Positions 55,240 through 64,000 of a stretch of 64,000 nt of DNA are shown one piece after another. The notes beneath the pieces were generated by a model. It saw only the letters and a program-made list of their open reading frames with translations. It was not told where the DNA came from and ran no database searches. The translations under genes and the position numbers were made by a program. The DNA is taken from assembly GCA_001821395.1 (NCBI GenBank), contig MHLM01000001.1:32001-96000 (forward strand), written 5' to 3'. The number at the start of each line of letters is the position of its first letter. Positions within the stretch are counted from its first letter, which is position 1. This stretch comes from Candidatus Lloydbacteria bacterium RIFCSPHIGHO2_02_FULL_50_18. GTDB taxonomy: Bacteria > Patescibacteriota > Minisyncoccia > Phycocordibacterales > UBA6899.

Positions 55240-56640
55240 ATGGGACTGCATCTTTACAATACCGCCACGCGAACACTTGAGGAGTTCTCTCCGCTGCATC
55301 CTCCGCAGGTTACCATGTATAATTGCGGCCCCACGGTCTACAATTATCAGCACATAGGCAATATGCGCTCATTTGTATTTGCGGACATTCTCAGGCGTAC
55401 GCTCGAATGGAATACGTACCAAGTGATGCAGATTGTGAACATCACCGATGTCGGACATTTGGTTTCCGATGGTGATGAAGGCGAGGACAAGATGACCATT
55501 GGTGCACGACGTGATAATAAAAGTGTCGAAGAAATCATCACGAAATACTCTGACGCGTTCCTCGCTGACCTTGAAGTACTCAATATAAAAAGGGCTGCAA
55601 GTTATCCTCGTGCGACAAAATATATTGACGAGCAAAAACAACTTATAACGATGCTTGCCAAAAAAGAATATACCTACGTCACCACAGACGGCATTTATTT
55701 TGACACAAGCAAATTCCCTCGCTATCCCGACTTTGCAAAACTTGATGTAAAAGGACTGGAAGCGGGCACGCGCGTCTCTCTTGGCGAGAAAAAAAATATC
55801 ACTGACTTCGCACTTTGGAAATTCTCTCCGAAAGACGGAGCGCAACGTGAGCAAGAATGGGATTCCCCTCTTGGTTATGAGCAAAGGGGTTTCCCGGGGT
55901 GGCATCTCGAATGCTCGGCAATCGCAATGAAATTTCTTGGTAATACACTTGATATTCACACCGGTGGCGTTGACCATATTCCTGTACATCATACGAATGA
56001 GATCGCACAAAGCGAGAGCGCGACGGGAGAAACCTTCGCACGATACTGGCTTCACAATGCGCACGTCCTTATTGATGGAGAAAAAATGTCAAAATCGCTC
56101 GGAAACACATATCGACTTGTTGACCTACATGAGCGTGGTATTCCACCGCTAGCCTACCGTTATTGGCTGCTCACTGCGCACTATCGTACGCAGGTCAATT
56201 TCACTTGGGAGGCACTTGCGGGCGCACAATCCGCATACAATAGACTGACAAATTACGTACTCAGTCTCAACATAAGCTTGGAGGGAATTCCAATCACCGC
56301 GTATATCAATAAATTTACCACTTTCATCAACGACGACCTCAACACCGCGGGCGCGATTGCCCTCATCTGGAAACTCACCAAAGACACGAGTGCATCCGAT
56401 GCGGACAAACTCGCGACGATCTTGAAGATCGACGAAGTACTTGGTCTCGGCCTTTCAGTGATTCAAACACATGCGGAACAAGAAAAGATCCCTAAAGCCG
56501 TCACGGAACTTCTCAGCAAACGCAAAATAGTGAGAGAGCAAAAAAACTTTGCTGAATCCGACCGCCTCCGTGATGAAATAAAAAAACATGGCTACGAAGT
56601 CAAAGACACTTCGGATGGACAAAAACTCGAACAAATTTAA
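55240..56640 (+). CDS. cysS: Cysteinyl-tRNA synthetase
   Basis: …NCGPTVYNYQHIGNMRSFVF… and KMSKSLGN. Confidence 0.9.
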   Translation: MGLHLYNTATRTLEEFSPLHPPQVTMYNCGPTVYNYQHIGNMRSFVFADILRRTLEWNTYQVMQIVNITDVGHLVSDGDEGEDKMTIGARRDNKSVEEIITKYSDAFLADLEVLNIKRAASYPRATKYIDEQKQLITMLAKKEYTYVTTDGIYFDTSKFPRYPDFAKLDVKGLEAGTRVSLGEKKNITDFALWKFSPKDGAQREQEWDSPLGYEQRGFPGWHLECSAIAMKFLGNTLDIHTGGVDHIPVHHTNEIAQSESATGETFARYWLHNAHVLIDGEKMSKSLGNTYRLVDLHERGIPPLAYRYWLLTAHYRTQVNFTWEALAGAQSAYNRLTNYVLSLNISLEGIPITAYINKFTTFINDDLNTAGAIALIWKLTKDTSASDADKLATILKIDEVLGLGLSVIQTHAEQEKIPKAVTELLSKRKIVREQKNFAESDRLRDEIKKHGYEVKDTSDGQKLEQI

Positions 56641-56723
56641 TGCGATGGTATTTCCTCTCAAGCGAGGGTTTTCTCAGTCTAAAAAAGCCCAGCGAGATCT
56701 GCCCGCCAACCTGAGAGTGAGGT

Positions 56724-56810
56724 ATTGCTTTTTGAGGGGCTACGGAGCTCGACGGAGCGGAGTCTGAGCAAAAATTCAGCAGAATTTTATGCGTGCCCTC
56801 AAAAAGCAAT
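56724..56810. repeat. Long-range inverted repeat (15-bp arms attgctttttgaggg / ccctcaaaaagcaat, 57-nt loop) between cysS and marR
   Basis: Read directly from the sequence. Confidence 0.8.
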
Positions 56811-56823
56811 GCCGAACGGATGC

Positions 56824-56853
56824 TTGACATCACAACACTTGTCATGCTAAGTT
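56824..56853 (+). promoter_or_regulatory. Promoter TTGACA-18-TAAGTT upstream of marR
   Basis: Consensus -35 box. The -10 box ends 9 nt before ATG 56863. The same TAAGTT-6nt-ATG arrangement appears before murG (45002-45007). Confidence 0.55.
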
Positions 56854-56862
56854 TCCACCAAT

Positions 56863-57315
56863 ATGAAAACAACATGCCCCGACTTGGACTGGTCGAAGAG
56901 CTTCATGTATTCAATTCACCGGACCTATTTTTTGATCGAAAAACGTCTTGAGCATAAATTGCACGAATCAAAAGGTATCTCATTTTCACAATTCCTCATT
57001 CTCCTGGCACTACACTGCAATGAACGGACCTCACAAAGTGCCATTGCGGATTTTCTCCACATTACGGAAGCAACCGTCTCACGCCACATTGCGCAACTCG
57101 AAAAAGCAAAATACCTGACACACAAAGAAGACCCGATCAACCGCCGAAAACATATTCTTACAATGACTGCACTCGGTACTCGTGCCTTCACAAATGCACA
57201 TACGATCATCGAACGAGAGCTGAAAGACGTCTTTGAAGTCATCCCCGTCGCAGATCGATCACTCATCACAAAAGCATTTGATGGTGTCATCGCCAAATTA
57301 CACGATCGTTCCTGA
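56863..57315 (+). CDS. MarR-family transcriptional regulator
   Basis: Winged HTH (…SQSAIADFLHITEATVSRHIAQLEKAKYLTHKEDPINRRKHIL…). Confidence 0.8.
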   Translation: MKTTCPDLDWSKSFMYSIHRTYFLIEKRLEHKLHESKGISFSQFLILLALHCNERTSQSAIADFLHITEATVSRHIAQLEKAKYLTHKEDPINRRKHILTMTALGTRAFTNAHTIIERELKDVFEVIPVADRSLITKAFDGVIAKLHDRS

Positions 57316-57324
57316 TCTATTCAT

Positions 57325-58920
57325 ATGAAAATTCTCATCCAGACAATCGGAAAGCACATAAAGAAATACGCGGAAGGATTTTGGGCGTTATCGAAGACCA
57401 TGCGTACGATCATTCTTGTCGTAATCGTTCTTGCGTGCGCGTTCTCCATTCGATTCCTCGGGCAAAAAGAAGTCGTGAATGATACCGCCTTTCTCGGTCG
57501 TACGGTTTCCGTTGCACGCGTTCTAGACCTTTCGGTAAACGCCATCCCCCTTCCCCTTCTTGGTACGGTCACCTCACGAAGCGAGGCGACGATCCGTGCC
57601 GAAATCGGAGGAAAGATCATCGCGGTATACCAAAAACTTGGCGACTATGTAGGGGCTGGAACGGTCATCGCTGAATTCGAGAATGCCGGAGAGCGCGCTT
57701 CTGTGCTTCAGGCAGAAGGAGCATATGAGGCTGCGAATGCGGGGAAAGCCATCGCCGAGATCAGCAGAGGATCGTCAGACAACTCTCTCGATGAAGCAAA
57801 GACCCAAGCGCAGAACGTCATTGCTTCGACCTATACAGTGCTTGATGACGCGATACGCACAAAAACGGATACCGCATGGAAGAATCCACAAACCCGCGAA
57901 GCAAAACTGCCCGTTACTATTCCGGATGCAAAACTTGTCATCGAGATTGAAAATGAACGAATCACTATTGAAACGATGTTGCGTACTCGGGATGAAAAAA
58001 ATAAACTCCTCACCTCAAACAGTGACCTCATCAAAGAACTCGATCTTGTAGAAGCGGAAGCAAATATCGTCAAAGATTACCTTGATGATCTTTCGTTCGC
58101 CTTCAATCATGCGCTTCCCGACGGAAACGCATCACAGGCGGCGATCGACGGATTTAAGGCGGTCACCGGCGGTGCGCGCACAAGCGTCAATGGAGCACTG
58201 TCAACGATTGCAAACACAAGAAACACACTGAACGGAAGCCTTGCGGCAAGCAGGATCGCGGAACAAAATTCTTCAACAAGCGGTGTGGACTCCGGTAGCT
58301 CGTCAGATGCGCAGGTCAAATCGGCGCTTGGAAATCTTCGTGCCGCACAGGCACGTCTGGAGAAAACGATCATTCGCAGCCCCATCAGCGGAACGATCAA
58401 CTCGATTTCGATCAATACAGGAGATTTCATCTCACCGTACACCGAGGTTGCCGTAGTCTCAAATAACGGTGCATTAGAGGTGGTGGCGTACGTCACCGAG
58501 GATGACGCGAGAGAACTCGTTATCGGCGGAAGTACCACGATAGAAGGTGGCGGAATGGGAACGATCACACGTATCGCCCCCGCGCTCGATCCAAACACAA
58601 AAAAGATCGAAGTACGTATCGGGATAACCAGGGGTATCGAGACACTTATGAACGGTGCTTCCGTTCGCCTCGAGGCAAAGCGCACAACCAAGAAAATCGT
58701 GGGCACTGATCTCAAAATACCTCTTGCTGCGCTCAAAATCACCCCGGAGGGCGCCATTGTATTCTCAGTATCCGCATCAAGCTCGCTCGTAGCACACGAG
58801 GTCTCGATGGGGACGCTTATGGGAGACCAGGTCGTCATTCCCGTCGGACTGACGCCTGACATGGTCATTGTCACTGATGCCAGAGGACTTCAGGGTGGCA
58901 TGCCGGTATCGCTTAAATAA
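57325..58920 (+). CDS. Efflux-pump periplasmic adaptor (membrane fusion protein, HlyD/AcrA-like)
   Basis: N-terminal TM, a coiled-coil hairpin, and a beta-barrel with the RSPISGTI motif. Confidence 0.8.
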   Translation: MKILIQTIGKHIKKYAEGFWALSKTMRTIILVVIVLACAFSIRFLGQKEVVNDTAFLGRTVSVARVLDLSVNAIPLPLLGTVTSRSEATIRAEIGGKIIAVYQKLGDYVGAGTVIAEFENAGERASVLQAEGAYEAANAGKAIAEISRGSSDNSLDEAKTQAQNVIASTYTVLDDAIRTKTDTAWKNPQTREAKLPVTIPDAKLVIEIENERITIETMLRTRDEKNKLLTSNSDLIKELDLVEAEANIVKDYLDDLSFAFNHALPDGNASQAAIDGFKAVTGGARTSVNGALSTIANTRNTLNGSLAASRIAEQNSSTSGVDSGSSSDAQVKSALGNLRAAQARLEKTIIRSPISGTINSISINTGDFISPYTEVAVVSNNGALEVVAYVTEDDARELVIGGSTTIEGGGMGTITRIAPALDPNTKKIEVRIGITRGIETLMNGASVRLEAKRTTKKIVGTDLKIPLAALKITPEGAIVFSVSASSSLVAHEVSMGTLMGDQVVIPVGLTPDMVIVTDARGLQGGMPVSLK

Positions 58921-58923
58921 CAT

Positions 58924-61900
58924 ATGCATAATCTTTGGATATTTTTTTTAAAAAAGCGCGCTTTCACTTACATGCTGATGGCTGCACTTACAATAGGCGG
59001 GGTCTTCTCGCTTTCCGCGATACCGAAGGAATCAGCGCCTGAAGTCGTTATCCCGATTGGGATCGTCTCCACCACACTTCGCGGTGCGAGTGCGGAAGAT
59101 ATGGAAAAACTCGTCACAAACAAACTCGAAGATGAGATCGCAAATATAGAGAATATCGATACGGTCACCTCTTCATCGCGCGAAGGACTTTCGATCGTCA
59201 CCGCACAATTCAACGCAAAGGCTGATCTCGACAAATCGATCCAAGACCTCAAGGATGCCGTTGAGCGTGCAAAAACAGCCCTGCCAAACGATGCGGATAC
59301 ACCATCGGTTACCAGGGTGAATTTTTCAGACCAACCGATCCTTATCGTTTCAGCATCGACCGACATTCCTCAAATGGCGCTCACGCAGCTTGCACTTGAT
59401 CTGAAAAGTGAGCTGAAAAAGATCGGCGGCGTCTCAAAGGTCGAGATCTCAGGAACACGAAAACGAGAGGTCGGCATAGTGCTCCGGAAGCAACTGCTTG
59501 AAAAATACAACGTCAGCATCGATCAGGTCATGGGGGCGATCGGAGGCGCAAATGCGTCATTTCCCATCGGAAATATCACCGTCGCGGACATAGACTACCC
59601 CGTGAAATTCGCCGGATCGATCAATGAACCGAATGAGCTTCCCGATATCACCATCGCTTCGAAGAATGGGGTCCCCGTCTATCTCCGCGACATTGCATTC
59701 ATCGCAGACGGATTGGAGTCTCCGAAAACATTTTCCAGAGCTTCTGTCGGAGACGCTCCGTCCTCACAAGCGATCACGCTCTCTGTGTATAAAAAATCCG
59801 GAGGTGACGTAACGGTGATCGCGAGGGACGTGAACGCAAGGATACAAGAACTAAGCAAAACAATGCTTGAGGGCGCAGAGGTTGTTGTGTCGTTCGACCG
59901 AGGTGCACTTGTCCAAAAAGATCTTCGCGAGCTGACGCGCGTCGGGCTTGAAACCGTATCACTGGTGATGCTCATGCTCTTTCTCACGATCGGATGGCGT
60001 GAATCCATCGTTGCGGCACTTTCGATTCCGCTCTCTTTCGTGATCGGTTTTATCGGTCTGTATATATCGGGAAATACGATCAATTTTCTTTCACTATTCT
60101 CACTGATCCTTGCGATCGGTATCCTTGTTGACTCCGGTATCGTCATTACCGAGGCAATTCATACAAGATATAAACGCTATACAACTCCCGAGGAGGCTGC
60201 GATCGCATCGATCAAAGAATACGCATGGCCGCTCATCGCAGGTACGATGGCGACAGTGGCATTCTTTGCTCCGCTTTTTTTCCTGTCGGGCATTGTCGGT
60301 AAGTTCATCGCCTCGATCCCCTTCACGCTCATCTTTGTGCTCATTGCGTCACTCGCTGTCGCACTCGGCATGGTTCCGCTTTTAGCGATGGCGATAACGC
60401 GAGAACATAAAAATGCATTCGAGCAAGCGCAGGAAGAGTACTCGGCCAAGATCCAGGACTGGTACAAATCATTCCTTGGCCGCATCCTTGATGACCGTAA
60501 ACTGCAAGATCGCTTTCTATTCCTGATGGGTATCCTTTTTTTCATATCCATCTCACTTCCGATCATTGGGATAGTGAAAGTCTCATTTTTTCCCCAAGAT
60601 GATCAGGACTTCATCTATGTATCGATAGAAAAACCTCAGGGTACCCCGCTTACCGTTACCGATCTTTCAGCACGAGAGGTTGAAGAGTTTCTCTATGATT
60701 ATCCCTATGCCGAATCGTTCGTCACCACGGTCGGCGCAGGCTCTACTTTCAGCGGAAGCGGAGGAGGAAATACAACAAAACTCGCGAATATTACCGTGCT
60801 GCTTAAAAAAGATCGTACAAAGAATTCGACGGAAATAGTTGATGACCTGCGAATCAGACTTGCTCCAATCTCGAGCGCGGACGTTAAGGTCGAGCAGGGT
60901 AAGAACGGTCCTCCGTCAGGCAATCCCGTCGTAATAAAATTTCGCGGTGATGACCTGAATGCACTTACCATGGCTGCCACAAAAGCGGAAAAACAGCTCA
61001 GTGAAACACCGGGGGCGCTCGACGTGGAGACATCACTTCGAGACGACGGTACCCAGTTCACCATCACAATCGACCGCACAAAGGCCGCAGAGGTCGGGCT
61101 CACCGCCGCACGCATCGCTCAAATACTTCGCACTGCAGTATCAGGTGTAACTGCAACCACGATCACAAAACAAGAGAACGATATCAGCGTGCTCGTAAAA
61201 CTCGATCTCAATAGTGCCTTTGTTAATCCAGAGGACACCAATAAGACAACCGTCGACAGCATCAGACAGATACCAATTTCGACACCGAGGGGTACGGTGA
61301 TCATGGGATCATTGATCTCGATCAATGTCGAACAAAGTCATGCGGTCATCAGTCACGACGGGAGAAAACGCATTGTAACGGTTTCTGCTAATCTTAAAAC
61401 GGGAGCAACGGCACTTGAGGTCACGAGCGCCTTCGGTAAAAAGATGGATTTACTGGAGTTGCCAAAGGGGGTTGCGGTCGATTTCGGAGGTGAAAATGCT
61501 GACGTCAATAAAACATTCAAGGAAATGGGGTTCGCACTTCTTGCGGGGATACTGCTCGCACTGGCGATCCTCGTGCTTGAATTCAATTCATTCCGCTTTA
61601 CGCTTTACCTGATTCTGATCATCCCCCTTTCATTCATCGGCGTCCTCCTTGGTTTGGCGCTCTCCCAACAAGCACTATCGTTCTCTTCGATGCTCGGTGT
61701 GATCGCGCTTGCGGGAGTGATCATCAACCATGCGATCATTCTGCTCGATTCGGTGCTGCAGACACTAAGGGGAGAAAAAGGGCTTTCTCTGCGTGAAGCG
61801 GTCGTTACCGCTTCTGCGGTTCGCTTGCGACCCATCTTTCTGACTACGGTCACAACGGTCATTGGGATGATTCCACTCACTGCAGCGTCCGCACTATGGG

Positions 61901-62016
61901 GACCGCTCGCGTTCACCATCATGTTCGGTCTTGCATTTGCGATGGTCCTCACGCTCGTCTTCATTCCCGTCCTCTTCTATCGCTGGCCCGGAAACGAATT
62001 CTCACCGAAAAAGTAA
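58924..62016 (+). CDS. RND-family efflux transporter permease (AcrB-like)
   Basis: 1030 aa with 12 TM helices and two large periplasmic loops. It is co-linear with the MFP and MarR genes. Confidence 0.9.
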   Translation: MHNLWIFFLKKRAFTYMLMAALTIGGVFSLSAIPKESAPEVVIPIGIVSTTLRGASAEDMEKLVTNKLEDEIANIENIDTVTSSSREGLSIVTAQFNAKADLDKSIQDLKDAVERAKTALPNDADTPSVTRVNFSDQPILIVSASTDIPQMALTQLALDLKSELKKIGGVSKVEISGTRKREVGIVLRKQLLEKYNVSIDQVMGAIGGANASFPIGNITVADIDYPVKFAGSINEPNELPDITIASKNGVPVYLRDIAFIADGLESPKTFSRASVGDAPSSQAITLSVYKKSGGDVTVIARDVNARIQELSKTMLEGAEVVVSFDRGALVQKDLRELTRVGLETVSLVMLMLFLTIGWRESIVAALSIPLSFVIGFIGLYISGNTINFLSLFSLILAIGILVDSGIVITEAIHTRYKRYTTPEEAAIASIKEYAWPLIAGTMATVAFFAPLFFLSGIVGKFIASIPFTLIFVLIASLAVALGMVPLLAMAITREHKNAFEQAQEEYSAKIQDWYKSFLGRILDDRKLQDRFLFLMGILFFISISLPIIGIVKVSFFPQDDQDFIYVSIEKPQGTPLTVTDLSAREVEEFLYDYPYAESFVTTVGAGSTFSGSGGGNTTKLANITVLLKKDRTKNSTEIVDDLRIRLAPISSADVKVEQGKNGPPSGNPVVIKFRGDDLNALTMAATKAEKQLSETPGALDVETSLRDDGTQFTITIDRTKAAEVGLTAARIAQILRTAVSGVTATTITKQENDISVLVKLDLNSAFVNPEDTNKTTVDSIRQIPISTPRGTVIMGSLISINVEQSHAVISHDGRKRIVTVSANLKTGATALEVTSAFGKKMDLLELPKGVAVDFGGENADVNKTFKEMGFALLAGILLALAILVLEFNSFRFTLYLILIIPLSFIGVLLGLALSQQALSFSSMLGVIALAGVIINHAIILLDSVLQTLRGEKGLSLREAVVTASAVRLRPIFLTTVTTVIGMIPLTAASALWGPLAFTIMFGLAFAMVLTLVFIPVLFYRWPGNEFSPKK

Positions 62017-62130
62017 ACAACAAAAATGCAAAATGATGCATGCGGAAACTTAAACCAAATGCAGCACGACTGATGACGAAAGTGATCATCCACTACTGAT
62101 GAAAGTAATTTGATCATTCAATCATCGAAA

Positions 62131-62178
62131 TTTCAATTATGTAAATTGTATCGATAGCTTAAAATTACATAATTGAAA
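62131..62178. repeat. AT-rich inverted repeat (tttcaattatgtaaatt … aaaattacataattgaaa)
   Basis: About 17-bp arms around a 13-nt loop that contains ATCGAT. Confidence 0.7.
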
Positions 62179-62186
62179 TAATAAAA

Positions 62187-62207
62187 AACCGATGCGATGC
62201 ATCGGTT
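62187..62207 (-). terminator. Rho-independent terminator for the minus-strand small membrane-protein gene
   Basis: Hairpin ccgatgc-gat-gcatcgg with a U-run on the minus strand. Confidence 0.75.
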
Positions 62208-62215
62208 CGTTCGTT

Positions 62216-62551
62216 CTACTTCTTCGGTCGCTTGAACAAATTGTCCATTTGTTCGGGAGTGGCAGCTTCCCCGGGCAAGTGGAGCGGTCTGTTCGTAATT
62301 TCAGGCAGACCAGCTTCCTGCTTACGCACAAGTGCTTCGAGCAGACGGATTACGTATAAAAATAATGCAAGAACGACCCCAGCAAATTGAAGCAATACCG
62401 CTACGGTCATCGCTTCCGGAAACATTGGCAACACAAACATAAACATCACGATAGCAGCGACTAACAGCCAAGTCACAAATCTTGGTAGGATAACTGAACG
62501 CGATTTCTTTGTATCCACAAATTTCTCCTTAAACAAAACTTCCACCTCCAT
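62216..62551 (-). CDS. Small hypothetical membrane protein
   Basis: Start set at ATG 62551 (MEVEVLFKEKF…). Two TM helices. The tracked ORF extends further upstream without support. Confidence 0.45.
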   Translation of the reverse strand: MEVEVLFKEKFVDTKKSRSVILPRFVTWLLVAAIVMFMFVLPMFPEAMTVAVLLQFAGVVLALFLYVIRLLEALVRKQEAGLPEITNRPLHLPGEAATPEQMDNLFKRPKK

Positions 62552-62599
62552 CACGCTACCCCATAAATCGCATAAGTCAAGAAAACACCCTTTGCGCCA

Positions 62600-62630
62600 T
62601 TTTTTGTCAAGGTTAAACCTTGACAAAAAA
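62600..62630. promoter_or_regulatory. Perfect palindrome ttttttgtcaagg-ttaaa-ccttgacaaaaaa carrying TTGACA on both strands
   Basis: Read directly. It lies between two minus-strand genes, so it may be an operator or a bidirectional -35 element. Confidence 0.5.
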
Positions 62631-62761
62631 CATCGAAAATATGGCTTATTACCGTAAACACACTCGAGCCGGCCGTACTTCATTAGCTTTATCCGCCGTA
62701 TTTAATTAGCCTTGTAAATTATCAAATGACAATATTTCATTGCTTCTTATGAGCGGTCCTA

Positions 62762-63949
62762 CTAGCCTTCCGAGTGTAACCCTGCGGTGATCTTCGCAAG
62801 CAGTTCTTGTTTCTCTTCGTCAGTGATGTATTGCTCGGGGCCACCGGGGGGCATTCCTTCATCGAGCCATTGCGCATAGCGTTCGGATGCCTTGAGCCCC
62901 AAATTCACCAGTACGATGTCGTTGACCGGTCTTTTGATATACTTCTTTGCATCTTCATCCTTAAGCCTGTCGCGCGCAATTTTAAGCTGACCTTCTTTCT
63001 TGTCGAGAATATAACGCGCATTGCTGATGGTGAACTGAACGCCAACGCTTCTTTTTCCTGCCACGTACTCCTCGCGCTCCATACCTTCGGGGACGGTCGC
63101 GACTCCACGCGTCACCGTAGGCAGTACTATCTTGAAATCATATTTCAGCTCCGCGTCTTCACGGGCATTTGAATTTTCTATCTTAAAGTTTTCACCTGAA
63201 TCCTGTCGCCCTAACGCATAAAGAGTGTTCTTTGCCATTCGCTCTCCGATGATCCCGGCAATGCTCCCATTCGTGGGATTAAAGTGCTCAGCGAGCCACT
63301 CTCCGCTGATCGATGTGGTGGGCAAACTCAAACCCTCAACGCTGGCAATTTCGCGATTGATCACCTCGTCAATGTCACGTCGAGCTTCCGCGATATCCAT
63401 GTGTTTGCGGATACTTCTCCAGAGATGCTTAGGCACATCCGGAGAGGGTCGATACATCACCCCCCAATCGATATCGGTCGCAGGATTATCGAGGTGAAAC
63501 GGATGTACGGTGCCGTCTTCACCCACCGTATACAACGAGTCCCTCTCGGCATCATACGAAACAGTAGAGCGATGCGATTGCTCAGCCTCAGGATAGTCGA
63601 TACGCTGATCGATCTCGGCGAGACGTGAGGAGAACTTACGCATGATGCTTGTACGTTCCTCCAGAAATCGATCTGACTCAAGCTGCTCCTGTGCTTTTTT
63701 TTGGATCAACACGTTGCGATTCGCACGCGTCATGCGTGACTTCCCGGGAATATCTTCAATGTCTTCCCTCAGCCGTTCCTCCCAATAGTCCAGCCATCCT
63801 CTTCGCGTTGTCGGATGACCGAGATCTTCCGCAACATCTTCGGGGAGATCATATGTCGCCTCGCGATGAGATTCATCGCGCTCGACGGCCTCATACGACC
63901 TAACAAGGTCGATCGTTTGCTCATCTTCTCCGACATCAAATTTTTCCAT
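62762..63949 (-). CDS. Hypothetical acidic protein (395 aa), no recognisable domain
   Basis: A long ORF with an ATG start (MEKFDVGEDEQ…). It is Glu/Asp/Arg-rich. Confidence 0.5.
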   Translation of the reverse strand: MEKFDVGEDEQTIDLVRSYEAVERDESHREATYDLPEDVAEDLGHPTTRRGWLDYWEERLREDIEDIPGKSRMTRANRNVLIQKKAQEQLESDRFLEERTSIMRKFSSRLAEIDQRIDYPEAEQSHRSTVSYDAERDSLYTVGEDGTVHPFHLDNPATDIDWGVMYRPSPDVPKHLWRSIRKHMDIAEARRDIDEVINREIASVEGLSLPTTSISGEWLAEHFNPTNGSIAGIIGERMAKNTLYALGRQDSGENFKIENSNAREDAELKYDFKIVLPTVTRGVATVPEGMEREEYVAGKRSVGVQFTISNARYILDKKEGQLKIARDRLKDEDAKKYIKRPVNDIVLVNLGLKASERYAQWLDEGMPPGGPEQYITDEEKQELLAKITAGLHSEG

Positions 63950-64000
63950 AATGTAAATTCTATCTTAAAAAATACTTTTGCGCTCGAATGAGATCATCCG

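Overview
This 64 kb window is a gene-dense chromosomal segment of roughly 50% GC, and almost all genes between about 0.8 and 48.8 kb lie on the + strand. Most of the content is housekeeping. There are six aminoacyl-tRNA synthetases (leuS, a truncated alaS, trpS, an aspS lacking the GAD insertion, gltX, cysS). There are many cell-wall and division genes (mltG, murC, a D-Ala-D-Ala carboxypeptidase, mraY, ftsW, murG, an M23 peptidase, scpAB). There is a ribosomal cluster (infA-rpmJ-rpsM-rpsK-rpsD-rpoA-rplQ-rplM-rpsI), followed by grpE-dnaK-dnaJ and a marR-MFP-RND efflux operon. Several things point to a reduced-genome bacterium of the Patescibacteria/CPR type: streamlined enzymes, no visible Shine-Dalgarno motifs, many apparently leaderless promoters (TATAAT 6-9 nt before the ATG), and a sigma-70 region-4/HARE-HTH protein. 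I offer that placement as an inference only. The most unusual content is a tightly packed operon fused directly behind dnaJ. It encodes a Leu/Phe/Val-type amino-acid dehydrogenase, an Acg-like nitroreductase-fold protein, an E1-like ThiF adenylyltransferase with a MccB-like N-terminal extension, and a PaaK/F390-synthetase-like adenylating enzyme, followed by an orphan multi-TM histidine kinase. I read this as a candidate undescribed small-molecule or peptide modification system. Other notable loci are an ATP-cone plus PD-(D/E)xK nuclease fusion, an actin-like ATPase paired with a bitopic membrane protein, and a diverged tandem duplicate of the alaS 3' end that still encodes the same 16 aa. A 48.8-52 kb accessory patch contains a tRNA-Pro(GGG) abutting a tandem array of tRNA-derived repeats, a NUDIX gene with a 22-bp tandem duplication across its stop codon, and HxlR and Mu Com-like regulators. 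No rRNA or CRISPR was found.
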